Assembly: GCA_934102355.1 (NCBI GenBank)
Contig: CAKOSO010000001.1
Coordinates: forward strand, 96,863 to 160,862
Direction: 5' to 3'
DNA: 64,000 nt
Origin: an uncultured Bacilli bacterium
GTDB taxonomy: Bacteria > Bacillota_I > Bacilli_A > RF39 > UBA660
The notes beneath the pieces were generated by a model. It did not search any database. It saw only the letters and a list, made by a program, of their open reading frames with translations, and had not been told where the DNA came from. The translations under genes were made by a program, and so were the position numbers. The stretch's first letter is position 1; each line of letters begins with the position of its first letter. Shown here piece after piece: positions 1-10,851 of the stretch.

Positions 1-298
1 AAGTATTAAAACCCAGTTTTCTTGTTAGCGAACTTTCCAATCTTTCTAAACTAGCGCTACCCATATTTTTAATAAACCCATCAAAAGTTATTTCAATAAA
101 GAAATAAATTAATAAGTATACTAATGCTTTCTTTAATTCTCCCTTTGTAATTGCTTCTACTGCTAAACCATTTAAAAGTCCAGTAAATATACTAGAAATT
201 CCTGATAAAAACATTAATATACTAGACAAGATAAATTTTTTCTTTTCTTTTTTAGATATCAGTTTCATTAGAGGCTTGAATTCTTTAAAGTTTTTCAT
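1..298 (-). CDS. ABC transporter permease/ATP-binding protein, N-terminal fragment (gene continues beyond window start)
   Basis: Minus-strand ORF starting ATG at 298 with RBS AAGAGGT. The translation MKNFKEFKPLMKLISKKEKKKFILSSILMFLSGI... looks like an ABC exporter TMD N-terminus. It runs off the window edge. Confidence 0.4.
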   Translation of the reverse strand, partial: MKNFKEFKPLMKLISKKEKKKFILSSILMFLSGISSIFTGLLNGLAVEAITKGELKKALVYLLIYFFIEITFDGFIKNMGSASLERLESSLTRKLGFNT

Positions 299-365
299 AT
301 TCTTACCTCTTTTCTTATAAAAAAGACTACATTTAATGTAGTCTTTTATCAATTATAGTTTTATT

Positions 366-476
366 TTATCGAGTGAAAAAACAAAGAAGTTCCTCCATAT
401 CGACGTTACTATATTTCTCAAAAACTACACTTTTCTTATCAAAAACATTTAATCTATTGAATCTAAACTTCTTCAT
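366..476 (-). CDS. small hypothetical ORF (36 aa) with good RBS
   Basis: ATG at 476 preceded by GGAGTGAG. The product MKKFRFNRLNVFDKKSVVFEKYSNVDMEELLCFFTR was not in the ORF track. Function unknown. Confidence 0.2.
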   Translation of the reverse strand: MKKFRFNRLNVFDKKSVVFEKYSNVDMEELLCFFTR

Positions 477-579
477 TTTTCTCACTCCTTTCTCTTTAAA
501 TTCACCTTGATAGTAACATTAAGCTAACTTTTATGTCAACCATTTTTATAAATAAAATAAAAAAAATAGGTATTTTTTC

Positions 580-933
580 CTATTTTTTATCATTTTCTCT
601 TTGCTTAATCTCTGCAATCTTTTCATCAATTGCTTTTCCATATTCACTTGAATTATCATAATGGAAACTAATTTGAGGCATCTTTCTAATATCTATTTTC
701 TTAGATAAAGATATTTCAATATAATTAGCAGCTTTGTTTAATGCTTTTGTTGTTTCATCTAAATATTCTTTTTTTAAAGTTGTAAAATATACCTTTGCAT
801 AAGATAAATCATTAGTAACATCACAACCAGTTAAAGTAACAAATCTTATATTAGGATCTTTTATCTCTTCATGAATTATTAAACTTATTTCACGAACAAA
901 ACTTTTTCCGATCTTTTCAGTTTTTAAACTCAT
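580..933 (-). CDS. rbfA: ribosome-binding factor A
   Basis: 117 aa with typical RbfA sequence and KH-like fold, lying downstream of infB as in the conserved nusA-infB-rbfA operon. Confidence 0.9.
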   Translation of the reverse strand: MSLKTEKIGKSFVREISLIIHEEIKDPNIRFVTLTGCDVTNDLSYAKVYFTTLKKEYLDETTKALNKAANYIEISLSKKIDIRKMPQISFHYDNSSEYGKAIDEKIAEIKQRENDKK

Positions 934-3029
934 CTTTTAATTTCCTCCATAGTATAAGCTTCAATAATATCTTGTTCTTTGAAATCACTAAAGTTATCAA
1001 ATGTTATACCACACTCAATTCCTTTCTTAACTTCATTTGCTTTATCTTTTCCTCTTTGAATTGATGCGATTACTCCATCATGAACTACAATACCATCTCT
1101 TATTACTCTAGCTTTATCTTTAAGTTTAATAACACCATCTGTTACTAAAACTCCTGCTATCATACCTACTTTAGAGAATTTAAACAATTGTCTTATTTCA
1201 GCAGTTCCAAGAATTTTTTCTTCGTAAATTGGATCAAGTAATCCTTTTATTGCTTGTTCTATTTCTTCAATAATTTTGTAAATTACATTATATAATCTTA
1301 TATCAACATTATATTCCTTTGCAACATCTAAAGTTTTACTACTAGGTCTTACATTAAAACCAATAATTATTGCATTAGAAGCATTTGCTAAAACTATATC
1401 ACTTTCAGTTATCGTTCCAACACTACTTCTAATTACATCTACTTTAACACCTTCAATATTTATTTTTTGAAGTGCTGCTTTAATAGCTTCTTCTGATCCT
1501 TTAACATCAGTTTTTAATACAACACTTAACTTCTTTGTACCTTCTTGCACTTTATTAAATAAATCATCAAGTGTCATACCAGTACGATTTGTATTGGCTT
1601 CTTTACTTCTTAATAATCTTTTTTCTGCAATATGTCTTGCTTCTTTTTCTGTTTCAAATGCCATAAATAAATCTCCTGCAGTTGGAACATCATTTAAACC
1701 AGTTATTTCTACTGGAGTAGAAGGTTCAGCAGTTAAAATATTTTTTCCTTGATCATTCTTTAAAGTTCTAACCTTTCCATAACAAGTTCCTACAACTATT
1801 GGATCTCCAAGTCTTAATGTACCATTATTTATTAATAATGTACAAACAGAACCAACATTTTTATCTACTCTTGCTTCTAATACTGAACCAGTAGCATATC
1901 TTTTCTTATTTGCTTTTAAATCCTTTAAATCTGCCACAAGTAATACGTTTTCTAATAATTCATTAATTCCAGCTTTTGTCTTAGCTGAGATTCTGTTTAC
2001 TAATGTATCTCCACCCCATTCTTCAGGAGTAAGTCCATATTCAGTTAATTCTTGTAATACACGTTCTGGATTTGCATTTGGTAAATCCATTTTATTTACT
2101 GCAACAATTATTGGAACATTTGCAGCTTTAGCATGATCAATTGCTTCTTTAGTTTGTGGCATTATACCATCTTCTGCTGATACTACAATAATAACTATAT
2201 CAGTAATACTAGCTCCTCTTGCACGCATTTCTGTAAATGCTTCATGTCCAGGAGTATCAATAAATGTTATCTTTCTACCATTAATTTCTACTTGATATGC
2301 TCCGATTGCTTGAGTAATACCACCAGCTTCTTTACTTACTACATTACTATCTCTTATTGCATCAAGAAGAGAAGTCTTACCATGATCAACATGACCCATT
2401 ACAGTTACTACTGGAGGACGAGGTTCTAGGTCTTCTTCTTTATCAATAATTTCATATTCTTCAAAATTTACTATATCTCTTGTTTCTTCTTTTTTTAATT
2501 CTTTATTATAATCAACAGTAATCATTTCTACAGTTGAAAAATCAAGAGCTAAATTTATATTAGCCATTACACCTAAATTTAATAATTTCTTTAGTATTTC
2601 AGTTGAACTAATTCCTAATTCATCAGCTAAATCTTTAACTGTCATACCTTCTTTATATAAAATTATATTAGTATCATTATTATCATTAGTAGATAATTTT
2701 TCTTTATGTTTATACATAGCTTTTTTTGCTTTTAGATACTTAGTATTATCCTCTTTTTTAATAACTTGTTGCTTTTTCATTTTAACTTCAGATTTATCTT
2801 TGATCTCTGTATCAATTCTTAAGTCTTGTTCTAACTCATCATCATCAACATATTCATCATTATAAGCTTCATCTGAATTAGCTGATATAAAACTATCTAA
2901 CATTGTTATCTCATCTTGATCTAATGAATAGTTCCCATCAGTTGCATTTATATTAAGTTTTTTACAATAACTTAATACTTCTTCTATACTTAAATTCATG
3001 TCAATTGCGTATTCGCTAACACTCATCAT
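930..3029 (-). CDS. infB: translation initiation factor IF-2
   Basis: 699 aa with G-domain motifs [17 protein letters not shown] and NKMD. Operon position after nusA/ylxR. Confidence 0.95.
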   Translation of the reverse strand: MMSVSEYAIDMNLSIEEVLSYCKKLNINATDGNYSLDQDEITMLDSFISANSDEAYNDEYVDDDELEQDLRIDTEIKDKSEVKMKKQQVIKKEDNTKYLKAKKAMYKHKEKLSTNDNNDTNIILYKEGMTVKDLADELGISSTEILKKLLNLGVMANINLALDFSTVEMITVDYNKELKKEETRDIVNFEEYEIIDKEEDLEPRPPVVTVMGHVDHGKTSLLDAIRDSNVVSKEAGGITQAIGAYQVEINGRKITFIDTPGHEAFTEMRARGASITDIVIIVVSAEDGIMPQTKEAIDHAKAANVPIIVAVNKMDLPNANPERVLQELTEYGLTPEEWGGDTLVNRISAKTKAGINELLENVLLVADLKDLKANKKRYATGSVLEARVDKNVGSVCTLLINNGTLRLGDPIVVGTCYGKVRTLKNDQGKNILTAEPSTPVEITGLNDVPTAGDLFMAFETEKEARHIAEKRLLRSKEANTNRTGMTLDDLFNKVQEGTKKLSVVLKTDVKGSEEAIKAALQKINIEGVKVDVIRSSVGTITESDIVLANASNAIIIGFNVRPSSKTLDVAKEYNVDIRLYNVIYKIIEEIEQAIKGLLDPIYEEKILGTAEIRQLFKFSKVGMIAGVLVTDGVIKLKDKARVIRDGIVVHDGVIASIQRGKDKANEVKKGIECGITFDNFSDFKEQDIIEAYTMEEIKR

Positions 3030-3046
3030 CAGTAATCACCTCACTA

Positions 3047-3307
3047 TTATTTTATATATTTTTTTACCTCTTCATAAAATTCATCAGGAATAGATGTATT
3101 TAAGCTTCTTTCTAAAACTCTACTTTTTTTTGCTTGTTCTAATACATCATTATCTTTCTTTATATAAGCTCCACGTCCATTTTGTTTTCCTGTTTCATCT
3201 ACGAATAATTCTCCTATATTATTTCTTACAATTCTAAGTAAATCTTTTTTTTCTAATTTTTCATGTGTTACTACACACGTTCTCATAGGGATTTTCTTTA
3301 CCTTCAA
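3047..3307 (-). CDS. ylxR: YlxR/DUF448 family RNA-binding protein (nusA-infB operon protein)
   Basis: 86 aa with MRTCVVTHEKLEKKDLLRIV, typical of YlxR, between nusA and infB. Confidence 0.75.
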   Translation of the reverse strand: MKVKKIPMRTCVVTHEKLEKKDLLRIVRNNIGELFVDETGKQNGRGAYIKKDNDVLEQAKKSRVLERSLNTSIPDEFYEEVKKYIK

Positions 3308-3309
3308 GA

Positions 3310-4377
3310 TTATTCACCTACTCTTATGTTTATTCCAAGATCACGTGCTTGTTCACTTGTTTTAACATCGATTTTATATTTTGTAAGGCGTGATGCAAGT
3401 TTTACATTTTGACCTTTTTTGCCTAAAGCTAAAGAGAAATCATCGCCATCAGCAATTACTAATGCTTCTTGTTTTTTTGGATCTAAAATAAATACTCCAA
3501 TATTTTTAGCAGGTGCTAAAGCATTCTTAATAAATACTTCTTTATTTTCATCGTATTTTATTATATCTAATTTTTCACCATTAAGTTCTGTAATTATTCT
3601 TCCGATTCTTGAACCCTTCTCACCAATACAACAACCAATTGGATCAATATTTGCATATTCAGAATAAACTGCAACCTTACTACGAACACCTGGATCTCTT
3701 GCAACTCCCATTATCATTACAGATCCATCTGATAATTCTGGAATTTCAAGTTCAAACAATCTCTTAACAAAATTATAATGATTTCTTGATAAATGAATTG
3801 TTGTTTGCTTTCCATTATTCTCAACTTTTGTAACATATGCCTTAACTGTTGAACCCATCTCTATTTTTTCGTTTCCAATAAGTTCAGATTTAGGTAATAT
3901 ACCATTTGTTCTTCCAAGATCTATATAATAATTTCTTTCATCTTCTAATTCTGCAATTCCTGAAACTAATTCTCCTTCTTTATCTTGAAATTCATCTAAA
4001 ATACTATTTCTTTCTGCTTCTCTAATCTTTTGAATTACAACTTGTTTTGCAGTTGAAGCTGCTACTCTACCAAAATTTTGTGGAGTAACTTCAGTATCAA
4101 TAGTATCTCCAATTTCTTTTGTTTTATCGATTTTTTTAGCATCTTCTAAAGATATTTCTAATTCTTTATCTTCAACTTCTGGTACTATTACAAGATATGA
4201 ATAAATCTTAAATTCCCCAGTTTCTTCATTAAATGTTACTTTTGCATTCTCCTTATATTCATTTTTTTTATATGCAGAAAGTAAAGCATTTTTCATTGCG
4301 TCAATAATTATTTCTTTATCTATATGCTTTTCTTTTTCTAATACTTCCATTGCTTTTAAAAATTCTTTACCGTTCAT
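3310..4377 (-). CDS. nusA: transcription termination/antitermination factor NusA
   Basis: 355 aa with S1 + KH domain architecture. Synteny rimP-nusA-ylxR-infB. Confidence 0.95.
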   Translation of the reverse strand: MNGKEFLKAMEVLEKEKHIDKEIIIDAMKNALLSAYKKNEYKENAKVTFNEETGEFKIYSYLVIVPEVEDKELEISLEDAKKIDKTKEIGDTIDTEVTPQNFGRVAASTAKQVVIQKIREAERNSILDEFQDKEGELVSGIAELEDERNYYIDLGRTNGILPKSELIGNEKIEMGSTVKAYVTKVENNGKQTTIHLSRNHYNFVKRLFELEIPELSDGSVMIMGVARDPGVRSKVAVYSEYANIDPIGCCIGEKGSRIGRIITELNGEKLDIIKYDENKEVFIKNALAPAKNIGVFILDPKKQEALVIADGDDFSLALGKKGQNVKLASRLTKYKIDVKTSEQARDLGINIRVGE

Positions 4378-4378
4378 T

Positions 4379-4618
4379 TTATTTCACTCCTTTTTCTTTA
4401 CTTGATACATCAAGCACATAACTTTCTTTTATGAAATCTTTTTCATCAATTATTGGTGATATTACTTTAGTAGCTTTAACAATTGTATCAATATCTATCA
4501 CATCATCGCTATCTAATACAATACTTAATGTCTTATTTTCATAAGTTATATCATCAACCCATAAACCCATATCTTGTAATGGTTTTTCAATAAACTTCTT
4601 AATCTCTTTCATAATCAC
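4379..4618 (-). CDS. rimP: ribosome maturation factor RimP, short form (N-terminal domain only)
   Basis: 79 aa aligning to the RimP N-domain. It sits directly upstream of nusA. The C-terminal domain of canonical ~150 aa RimP is absent. Confidence 0.65.
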   Translation of the reverse strand: MIMKEIKKFIEKPLQDMGLWVDDITYENKTLSIVLDSDDVIDIDTIVKATKVISPIIDEKDFIKESYVLDVSSKEKGVK

Positions 4619-4798
4619 TCCCTAAAAAATATAAAAAGTGGGTATTCCCACTTCGTTGCTACAAGTATTATACCATTATATATTTTATTTGTAAAACTTT
4701 TTTTAATCTTTAATGTAAAGAATTTTATTTTTATTTTCTATAAATTTACACAAAGTATTTTTCATGTTATAATTTTTGATAGAATTGGTGGTTATTAT

Positions 4799-5488
4799 AT
4801 GAAAAAAATTATAAACATTTTATTATTTGTTGCACTATTTTTTACAGAAACATTTTTAAATTCAATTATATTTTACTCATTATATAGATTAGGAATAAAT
4901 ATTGATTCAATATATTTAAGACTTATAATTACTGTTATAAGTTGGATAGTATTTATGGTATTTATATTCCTTATATATCGTAAAAGTTTAATTGAAGAAT
5001 TTAAACTATACAAAAATAATTTTAAAAATTTCTTTATTTTTGGACTTAAAATATGGTTTATAGGTCTTACTATGATGGTTGTATCTAATATATTAATATC
5101 ATTTGTATATAGTAATAATTCCGCTAACGAAGAAGTAGTTCAATCCTACTTAGTTAAATATCCAATATATACTACTATTTCAACTCTTATATATGCTCCA
5201 TTTGTAGAAGAAATCATTTTTAGAAAAAGTTTAAAAGGTATTTTCGATAATAAAGCGTTATATATACTAATATCCGGTTTAATATTTGGACTTTGTCATG
5301 TAGTTGCAGGAATTGATAATACTATGGAACTATTATACTTAATACCTTACGGTATAATGGGTGCAAGTTTTGCTTATATTTATAGTAAGACTGATAGTAT
5401 TTTCGTATCAATGTCCATGCACTTTATACATAACTTAATTACACTTATAATATCTACTCTTCCTTATATAATTGGAGGTTTAGTATGA
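4799..5488 (+). CDS. CPBP family intramembrane metalloprotease (CAAX protease/Abi-like)
   Basis: Multi-TM protein with the CPBP motifs EEIIFRKSL (EExxxR), FGLCH (FxxxH) and HFIHN (HxxxN). Confidence 0.75.
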   Translation: MKKIINILLFVALFFTETFLNSIIFYSLYRLGINIDSIYLRLIITVISWIVFMVFIFLIYRKSLIEEFKLYKNNFKNFFIFGLKIWFIGLTMMVVSNILISFVYSNNSANEEVVQSYLVKYPIYTTISTLIYAPFVEEIIFRKSLKGIFDNKALYILISGLIFGLCHVVAGIDNTMELLYLIPYGIMGASFAYIYSKTDSIFVSMSMHFIHNLITLIISTLPYIIGGLV

Positions 5489-6372
5489 AAAAGACAAGAA
5501 CCAAAAAATTAGAAGAACAAGAAAAAGTATTAAAAAAAGAAAAAAGAAAGAAAGGTTTAAAAAAAATGCTTATTATACTATTAATAATTATTGTTTTAGG
5601 TTCTCTATATATGTTTTTTGTTGAACCGAAACTACTTGTTATTCATGAAAACAACTTAATAACAGATAAAATAGATAACTCTCTTCATGGACTTAAAATC
5701 GTACAATTTAGTGATGTTCATTTTGGTACTTCTGTTAATGAAAAAAATATAAAAAAGTTAGTTAAAAAAATCAATAAAACTAAACCAGATATAGTAATAT
5801 TTAACGGTGATTTAACAAATAATAATTTTACAAAAGAACAAGTTGATATTATAACTAGTGCTTTTAAAGAAATAACTGCTACACTAGGTAAATATGCTGT
5901 ATATGGTAATCATGACTATATGTATGGTTTACTATCTTACAATAATATAATGGAAGATTCAGGATTTAAAATTTTAAAAAATGAATATGATCTTGTATAT
6001 AAAGATTCCTCTACTCCAATTCTAATATATGGAGTTGATGATGTCTTAGAAGGTACACCAGATATGAGTAAATTAAACGAATATCAAAATAATGTATATA
6101 AAATAGTAGTTGTACATGAACCAGACTATATAGATAACTTTGATGTAAATAGTGTTGACCTAGTACTTTCAGGTCACTCACATAACGGTCAAGTAAATAT
6201 TCCACTATTAAAAAAATTAGTTCTTCCAAAAGGATCAAAAAATTATTATGAACCACATTATCTAATCAATAATACAGAAGTCTATATAAGTAATGGATGT
6301 GGATGCGGATTAATTTCAATGAGGTTATTTAACTTACCATCAATTAACTTATTTAGAATAATTAAAAAGTAG
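5485..6372 (+). CDS. metallophosphoesterase (calcineurin-like, YkuE-like), membrane-anchored
   Basis: N-terminal TM helix. Phosphoesterase motifs DVHFG, GDLTNN, GNHDY and GHSH. Confidence 0.75.
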   Translation: MKKTRTKKLEEQEKVLKKEKRKKGLKKMLIILLIIIVLGSLYMFFVEPKLLVIHENNLITDKIDNSLHGLKIVQFSDVHFGTSVNEKNIKKLVKKINKTKPDIVIFNGDLTNNNFTKEQVDIITSAFKEITATLGKYAVYGNHDYMYGLLSYNNIMEDSGFKILKNEYDLVYKDSSTPILIYGVDDVLEGTPDMSKLNEYQNNVYKIVVVHEPDYIDNFDVNSVDLVLSGHSHNGQVNIPLLKKLVLPKGSKNYYEPHYLINNTEVYISNGCGCGLISMRLFNLPSINLFRIIKK

Positions 6373-6390
6373 AATTCTTAATTCTACTTT

Positions 6391-7668
6391 TTAGTTTCTA
6401 TACTCAAATTCATAATCAAGTATTTTTATAATATCACCTTGTTTGGCCCCCATTTTTTCTAATTCATCATCTACTCCAAATTTAGTAAGCTTTTTAGCAA
6501 ATCTTAAGATTCCTTCTTCTGTTGTAAACTTAGTCATTCTAAATAATTTCTCAATTTGATCACCCTTTACAACGTACACATCATTTTCTTTTGTAATTGT
6601 AAATGGTTTTTCTTTTTTATACTTAAATAATACATAATCTACTGTATCATCTTCTACTAAAGGTTCTTCTTTAATTCCATCTAATAAATCTGCTAAATAA
6701 GTTAAAATATCATTAAAATCAGTACCATTTTGTGCACTTACTGGGAATATTTTTATATCTTCATTATTTAGTTTTTTTCTGAATATTTTTAGATTTTCTT
6801 CTGCTTGTGACATATCCATTTTATTAGCGATTATTACTTGCTTCTTTGTAGATAATTTTTCACTAAAGTTCTTTAACTCATTACAAATAATTTCATAATC
6901 ATTAAAAGGATCTCTGCCTTCAAAACCAGACATATCTATTACATGTAATATTACTCTTGTTCTTTCAATATGTTTTAAAAATTTATCTCCTAATCCTTCC
7001 CCTTTAGATGCTCCTTCAATTAAACCAGGAAGATCAGCCATTACAAAACTTCTTCCATCTTTAGTTTTGCATACACCTAAATTTGGATTTAATGTTGTAA
7101 AGTGATATGCAGCAATTTTAGGGGTACTTCTTGATACTTTTGATAAGAATGTACTCTTACCAACACTTGGGAAACCTACAAGTCCAACATCAGCAAGTAA
7201 TTTTAATTCAACTTTTAGATTTCTTTCTTCTCCAGGTTCACCTTTTTCAGAAAAGTTTGGTGCAGTATTAAATCTTGTTTTAAATGCTGTATTTCCTCTT
7301 CCCCCACGTCCACCATATGCAACAACGAACCTATCTTTATGATTCTTTAAATCACATATTAATACATTTGTAGTAGCATCAGTTACAACTGTTCCAGGAG
7401 GAACTTTAATTACTATATCTTTAGCGTTTTTACCATTCTTGTTTTTACCTTCACCATGTTCTCCACGTTCACCCTTAATTATTTTGTTAAAACGTAAATC
7501 AATTAATGTTCTAAGTCCTTCATCAACCTCAAAGATAATATCTGAACCTTTACCACCATTACCTCCAAAAGGACCACCCATTTCAACGTATTTTTCACGT
7601 CTAAAGGCTGTACATCCATCTCCACCATTACCAGCAATGACTTTAATGTATACTTCATCTAAAAACAT
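6391..7668 (-). CDS. obg: GTPase Obg
   Basis: N-terminal MFLDEVYIKVIAGNGGDGCTAFRREK glycine-rich Obg fold, a GTPase domain (GFPSVGKST, DLPGLIEGA) and a C-terminal TGS-like domain. Confidence 0.95.
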   Translation of the reverse strand: MFLDEVYIKVIAGNGGDGCTAFRREKYVEMGGPFGGNGGKGSDIIFEVDEGLRTLIDLRFNKIIKGERGEHGEGKNKNGKNAKDIVIKVPPGTVVTDATTNVLICDLKNHKDRFVVAYGGRGGRGNTAFKTRFNTAPNFSEKGEPGEERNLKVELKLLADVGLVGFPSVGKSTFLSKVSRSTPKIAAYHFTTLNPNLGVCKTKDGRSFVMADLPGLIEGASKGEGLGDKFLKHIERTRVILHVIDMSGFEGRDPFNDYEIICNELKNFSEKLSTKKQVIIANKMDMSQAEENLKIFRKKLNNEDIKIFPVSAQNGTDFNDILTYLADLLDGIKEEPLVEDDTVDYVLFKYKKEKPFTITKENDVYVVKGDQIEKLFRMTKFTTEEGILRFAKKLTKFGVDDELEKMGAKQGDIIKILDYEFEYRN

Positions 7669-7684
7669 AATATCACCTCTTTTT

Positions 7685-8938
7685 TTATAAGTTCAAAAAT
7701 TTTTCTTCTATTATAATATCATATATTTTATTTTTTTCTAGATTTTTATCTATCTTTAAATATAAATAATTTGAAGTATGTCCATATGAATATGTACCAT
7801 CATTTTCTTCAATTAATACTTTTTCTTTCTTACCAACACACCCTAATTTATATTCATGTTCCATTTTATTAGATAACTCAATTAACTTTTTATTTCTTTT
7901 TTTCTTTACTTCATTACTTAAATGATTTGGTATCGTACAAGCTCTTGTATTTTCCCTCCTTGAATAAGGGAAAGCATGCACTTTAGAAAAATTTACCTTT
8001 TCAATAAAACTTAATGAATCATAAAAGTCTTCTTCAGTTTCATCAGGGAACCCTACTATTACATCAGTTGTAACACTTATATTTCCTCTTATACTTCTTA
8101 TTTTTTCTATAGTTTTATAAAAAAAATCAGTATCATACTTTCTGTTCATTAATTTTAAAGTTTTGTCACAGCCACTTTGTAATGGTATATGTAAATGATT
8201 ACATATCTTTTCATTTTTTAAAAGTTCAAAGAACTTATCATCTAATTCAGTTATTTCAATTGAAGAAATTCTTATTCTTTCTAAACCATCAATTTCTAAT
8301 ATTTCCTCTAAAAGATTAGAAAATGTAGTATTAATATCCTTTCCATAATTACCAGTATGAATTCCTGTTAATACAATTTCTTTATAACCTTTTTTTACAA
8401 GATTGCTTATTTCCTCTAATACAAGATCTTTATTCTTTGATCTAGAATGTCCTCTTACAAAAGGAATAACACAATAACTGCAATAATTATCACAACCATC
8501 TTGAATCTTTACAAACGCTCTTGTGTGTTCATTAAAATCGTTAATTTCCATATTATCAAAAGGACATTTCATAATATTTTCTCTAACATCTAATTGCTTT
8601 TTGTCCTTAAAATATTCATCTATCAAGCTTACAATCTTTGATTTATTATGATTTCCTATTATTATGTCAACATCTTTAAAATCATAATTTTTATTGCTCT
8701 CTACAAAACATCCACAAACTACCAAACAAGCATCTTTATTTAAACTTCTTGCATGATGAATCATCTTTCTTGATTTAGCATCACTATTATTTGTAACTGT
8801 ACATGTATTAATTACATATATATCATTTTTATTATTAAAGTCACCAATTTCATAACCAGCTTCTTTTAATTTACTTGTTATATACTCACTCTCATAGATG
8901 TTTACTTTACACCCCAAAGTGCATAATCCAACCTTCAT
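7685..8938 (-). CDS. mtaB: tRNA methylthiotransferase MtaB (radical SAM, MiaB-like)
   Basis: N-terminal MTTase domain, radical SAM CxxxCxxC (CDNYCSYC) and a TRAM-like C-terminus. Confidence 0.8.
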   Translation of the reverse strand: MKVGLCTLGCKVNIYESEYITSKLKEAGYEIGDFNNKNDIYVINTCTVTNNSDAKSRKMIHHARSLNKDACLVVCGCFVESNKNYDFKDVDIIIGNHNKSKIVSLIDEYFKDKKQLDVRENIMKCPFDNMEINDFNEHTRAFVKIQDGCDNYCSYCVIPFVRGHSRSKNKDLVLEEISNLVKKGYKEIVLTGIHTGNYGKDINTTFSNLLEEILEIDGLERIRISSIEITELDDKFFELLKNEKICNHLHIPLQSGCDKTLKLMNRKYDTDFFYKTIEKIRSIRGNISVTTDVIVGFPDETEEDFYDSLSFIEKVNFSKVHAFPYSRRENTRACTIPNHLSNEVKKKRNKKLIELSNKMEHEYKLGCVGKKEKVLIEENDGTYSYGHTSNYLYLKIDKNLEKNKIYDIIIEEKFLNL

Positions 8939-8948
8939 TTCTAACTCC

Positions 8949-9749
8949 CTAATTAAGTTTGTTTTTAATTTCTTTTAATTGTTCTAAGAACTCTTCTGTC
9001 TTTTTAATTTCATTTTCAATATCTTTTAAATCCATAGTATTATAGAATTTATCTACACTATAATTAGTATAATTCTTATTATACACTCCATAAACAGGTG
9101 AAATTACCTCTGATTTTTTAAATTTACTTACCTGTTCAACAGTTTCAGCAAATATAGGATTTTCAAGTTCATCCTTACTACCTTCTTGTTCTTGTTCATG
9201 TAAAATATAAAGTTCTTCTATAGTAATAGGTTCATTCCCTTGATCTTCTAATAATTCATCATTTACATCATCAATATTAGCTTTAGCTTTTTTTAATTCT
9301 TCATAACTAATAATTGAATTTTGTTCTTGAGTTTTCTCAAAATCAGTATGACTTACTGGTTCATCATAATATTCTTCTATCTTTTTCTTTCTTAACTCTT
9401 CTTCTTTTTTAGCTAACTTTGTTGCTGTATCCTCTAATGCTTTTTTAGCTAATTCCTTTTCATCTTTTTTCTCGATATACACCACTTCATCAACAACTGG
9501 TTCTTCCTTTAATTCATCAAGTTTTTCACTTTCTTCTTTTACTTCTTTTTCTTCCTTTACTTCTTCTTTTTCATAATCATTCTTTGGAGATTCAACATAA
9601 TATTCTTTAAAATCATTAGATTTTTCTTTTCTCTTACTTGATAATTTATCCACTATAAATAATACTCCTAAAAGCACAACTATTACTCCTACAACTATTA
9701 TTAAAATAATAAAATTTCTATATCCTATTGCATCTATAAATTCATTCAT
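8949..9749 (-). CDS. hypothetical membrane-anchored acidic coiled-coil protein
   Basis: N-terminal TM helix, then a highly E/K-rich low-complexity region. No recognisable catalytic motif. Confidence 0.5.
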   Translation of the reverse strand: MNEFIDAIGYRNFIILIIVVGVIVVLLGVLFIVDKLSSKRKEKSNDFKEYYVESPKNDYEKEEVKEEKEVKEESEKLDELKEEPVVDEVVYIEKKDEKELAKKALEDTATKLAKKEEELRKKKIEEYYDEPVSHTDFEKTQEQNSIISYEELKKAKANIDDVNDELLEDQGNEPITIEELYILHEQEQEGSKDELENPIFAETVEQVSKFKKSEVISPVYGVYNKNYTNYSVDKFYNTMDLKDIENEIKKTEEFLEQLKEIKNKLN

Positions 9750-9817
9750 ACTACTTCACCTTCGTAAATAATATTTTAGCATATTAAACAAATAAAAAAA
9801 ATAGTAATTTATAATTT

Positions 9818-10426
9818 TTAACTTAAATCACTATTTTTTATTATATATAAATTATTATCCTTATAAATACTCAAAAATATATTGTCTATATCAGTGTCAA
9901 GTTTATCATATAACCATTTCTTATCCTTATTTAACATAGTTAAATTATTATAATTTATCTTTCCATTTGACACTAATACTAAAGTTTTATATGTATCTTC
10001 TTCTAATATAATATTTAATTTATTATCTTTTATATAAGCCTTCTCAATATTCTTTATTAAAACATCTTGCTTATTCAATTCTCTATAAAGAGTTTCAATA
10101 CTATAATTACTTTTAATTAAGTTTACCATCTTTATCCTACCATTTTTTATTATTAATAATTCATCTTTTCCATCTAGTTTTTCTATTATAATAGCTATAT
10201 TTATTATAAATACTATAATAAAATAAAATATATTTTTTATTGATGTGAATGCATCATTACTTATAATTCTATAAGATATATAGCCTATAAAAAATACAGT
10301 TAATATATCAAGTATATTAAAATCCTTTATTTTCTTTTTTAATACCAACTTAAAATAAATAAAAGTAACTAAATAAATTATGCATATCTTAATCATAAAA
10401 ACTATCATATTCATAAGTATCACCAA
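9818..10426 (-). CDS. DUF421 (YetF-like) membrane protein
   Basis: N-terminal TM segments followed by a soluble domain with the LLIIKNGRI pattern typical of DUF421. Confidence 0.4.
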   Translation of the reverse strand: MVILMNMIVFMIKICIIYLVTFIYFKLVLKKKIKDFNILDILTVFFIGYISYRIISNDAFTSIKNIFYFIIVFIINIAIIIEKLDGKDELLIIKNGRIKMVNLIKSNYSIETLYRELNKQDVLIKNIEKAYIKDNKLNIILEEDTYKTLVLVSNGKINYNNLTMLNKDKKWLYDKLDTDIDNIFLSIYKDNNLYIIKNSDLS

Positions 10427-10488
10427 TAATATAATGATTTAATTAATATTTTTTTATTCTTATCATATAAGATATTAGGTGATGTTTT

Positions 10489-10851
10489 TTGAAAAAATAT
10501 AAAAATTATTTAATATCTCTAGGTATTGCATTCTTAATTATTATTACCCTTGCCCTTTTAAATACAATTTTCTCATCATTTAATATCTTACCAAGTGGTA
10601 TATCTACTGTCCTAAAAGTTATAATACCTATTATTGCTATTTTTATATCAGGTATATTTATTGGTTCTAAAACAAAAGAAAAAGGTTATTTAGAAGGTTT
10701 AAAAATTGGTATTATTTATGTAATATTAATATTTATATTTACTCTATTTTTCTCAAAAATAAAACTTATTAATTTTTTAAACTATATAATTATAATACTA
10801 TCTTCTAGTATAGGTTCAATGATTGGTATAAATAAAAAGAAAGAAAACTAA
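10489..10851 (+). CDS. small integral membrane protein (TIGR04086-like)
   Basis: 120 aa with 4 predicted TM helices and a GSKTKEKGYLEGLKIG motif between helices. Confidence 0.35.
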   Translation: MKKYKNYLISLGIAFLIIITLALLNTIFSSFNILPSGISTVLKVIIPIIAIFISGIFIGSKTKEKGYLEGLKIGIIYVILIFIFTLFFSKIKLINFLNYIIIILSSSIGSMIGINKKKEN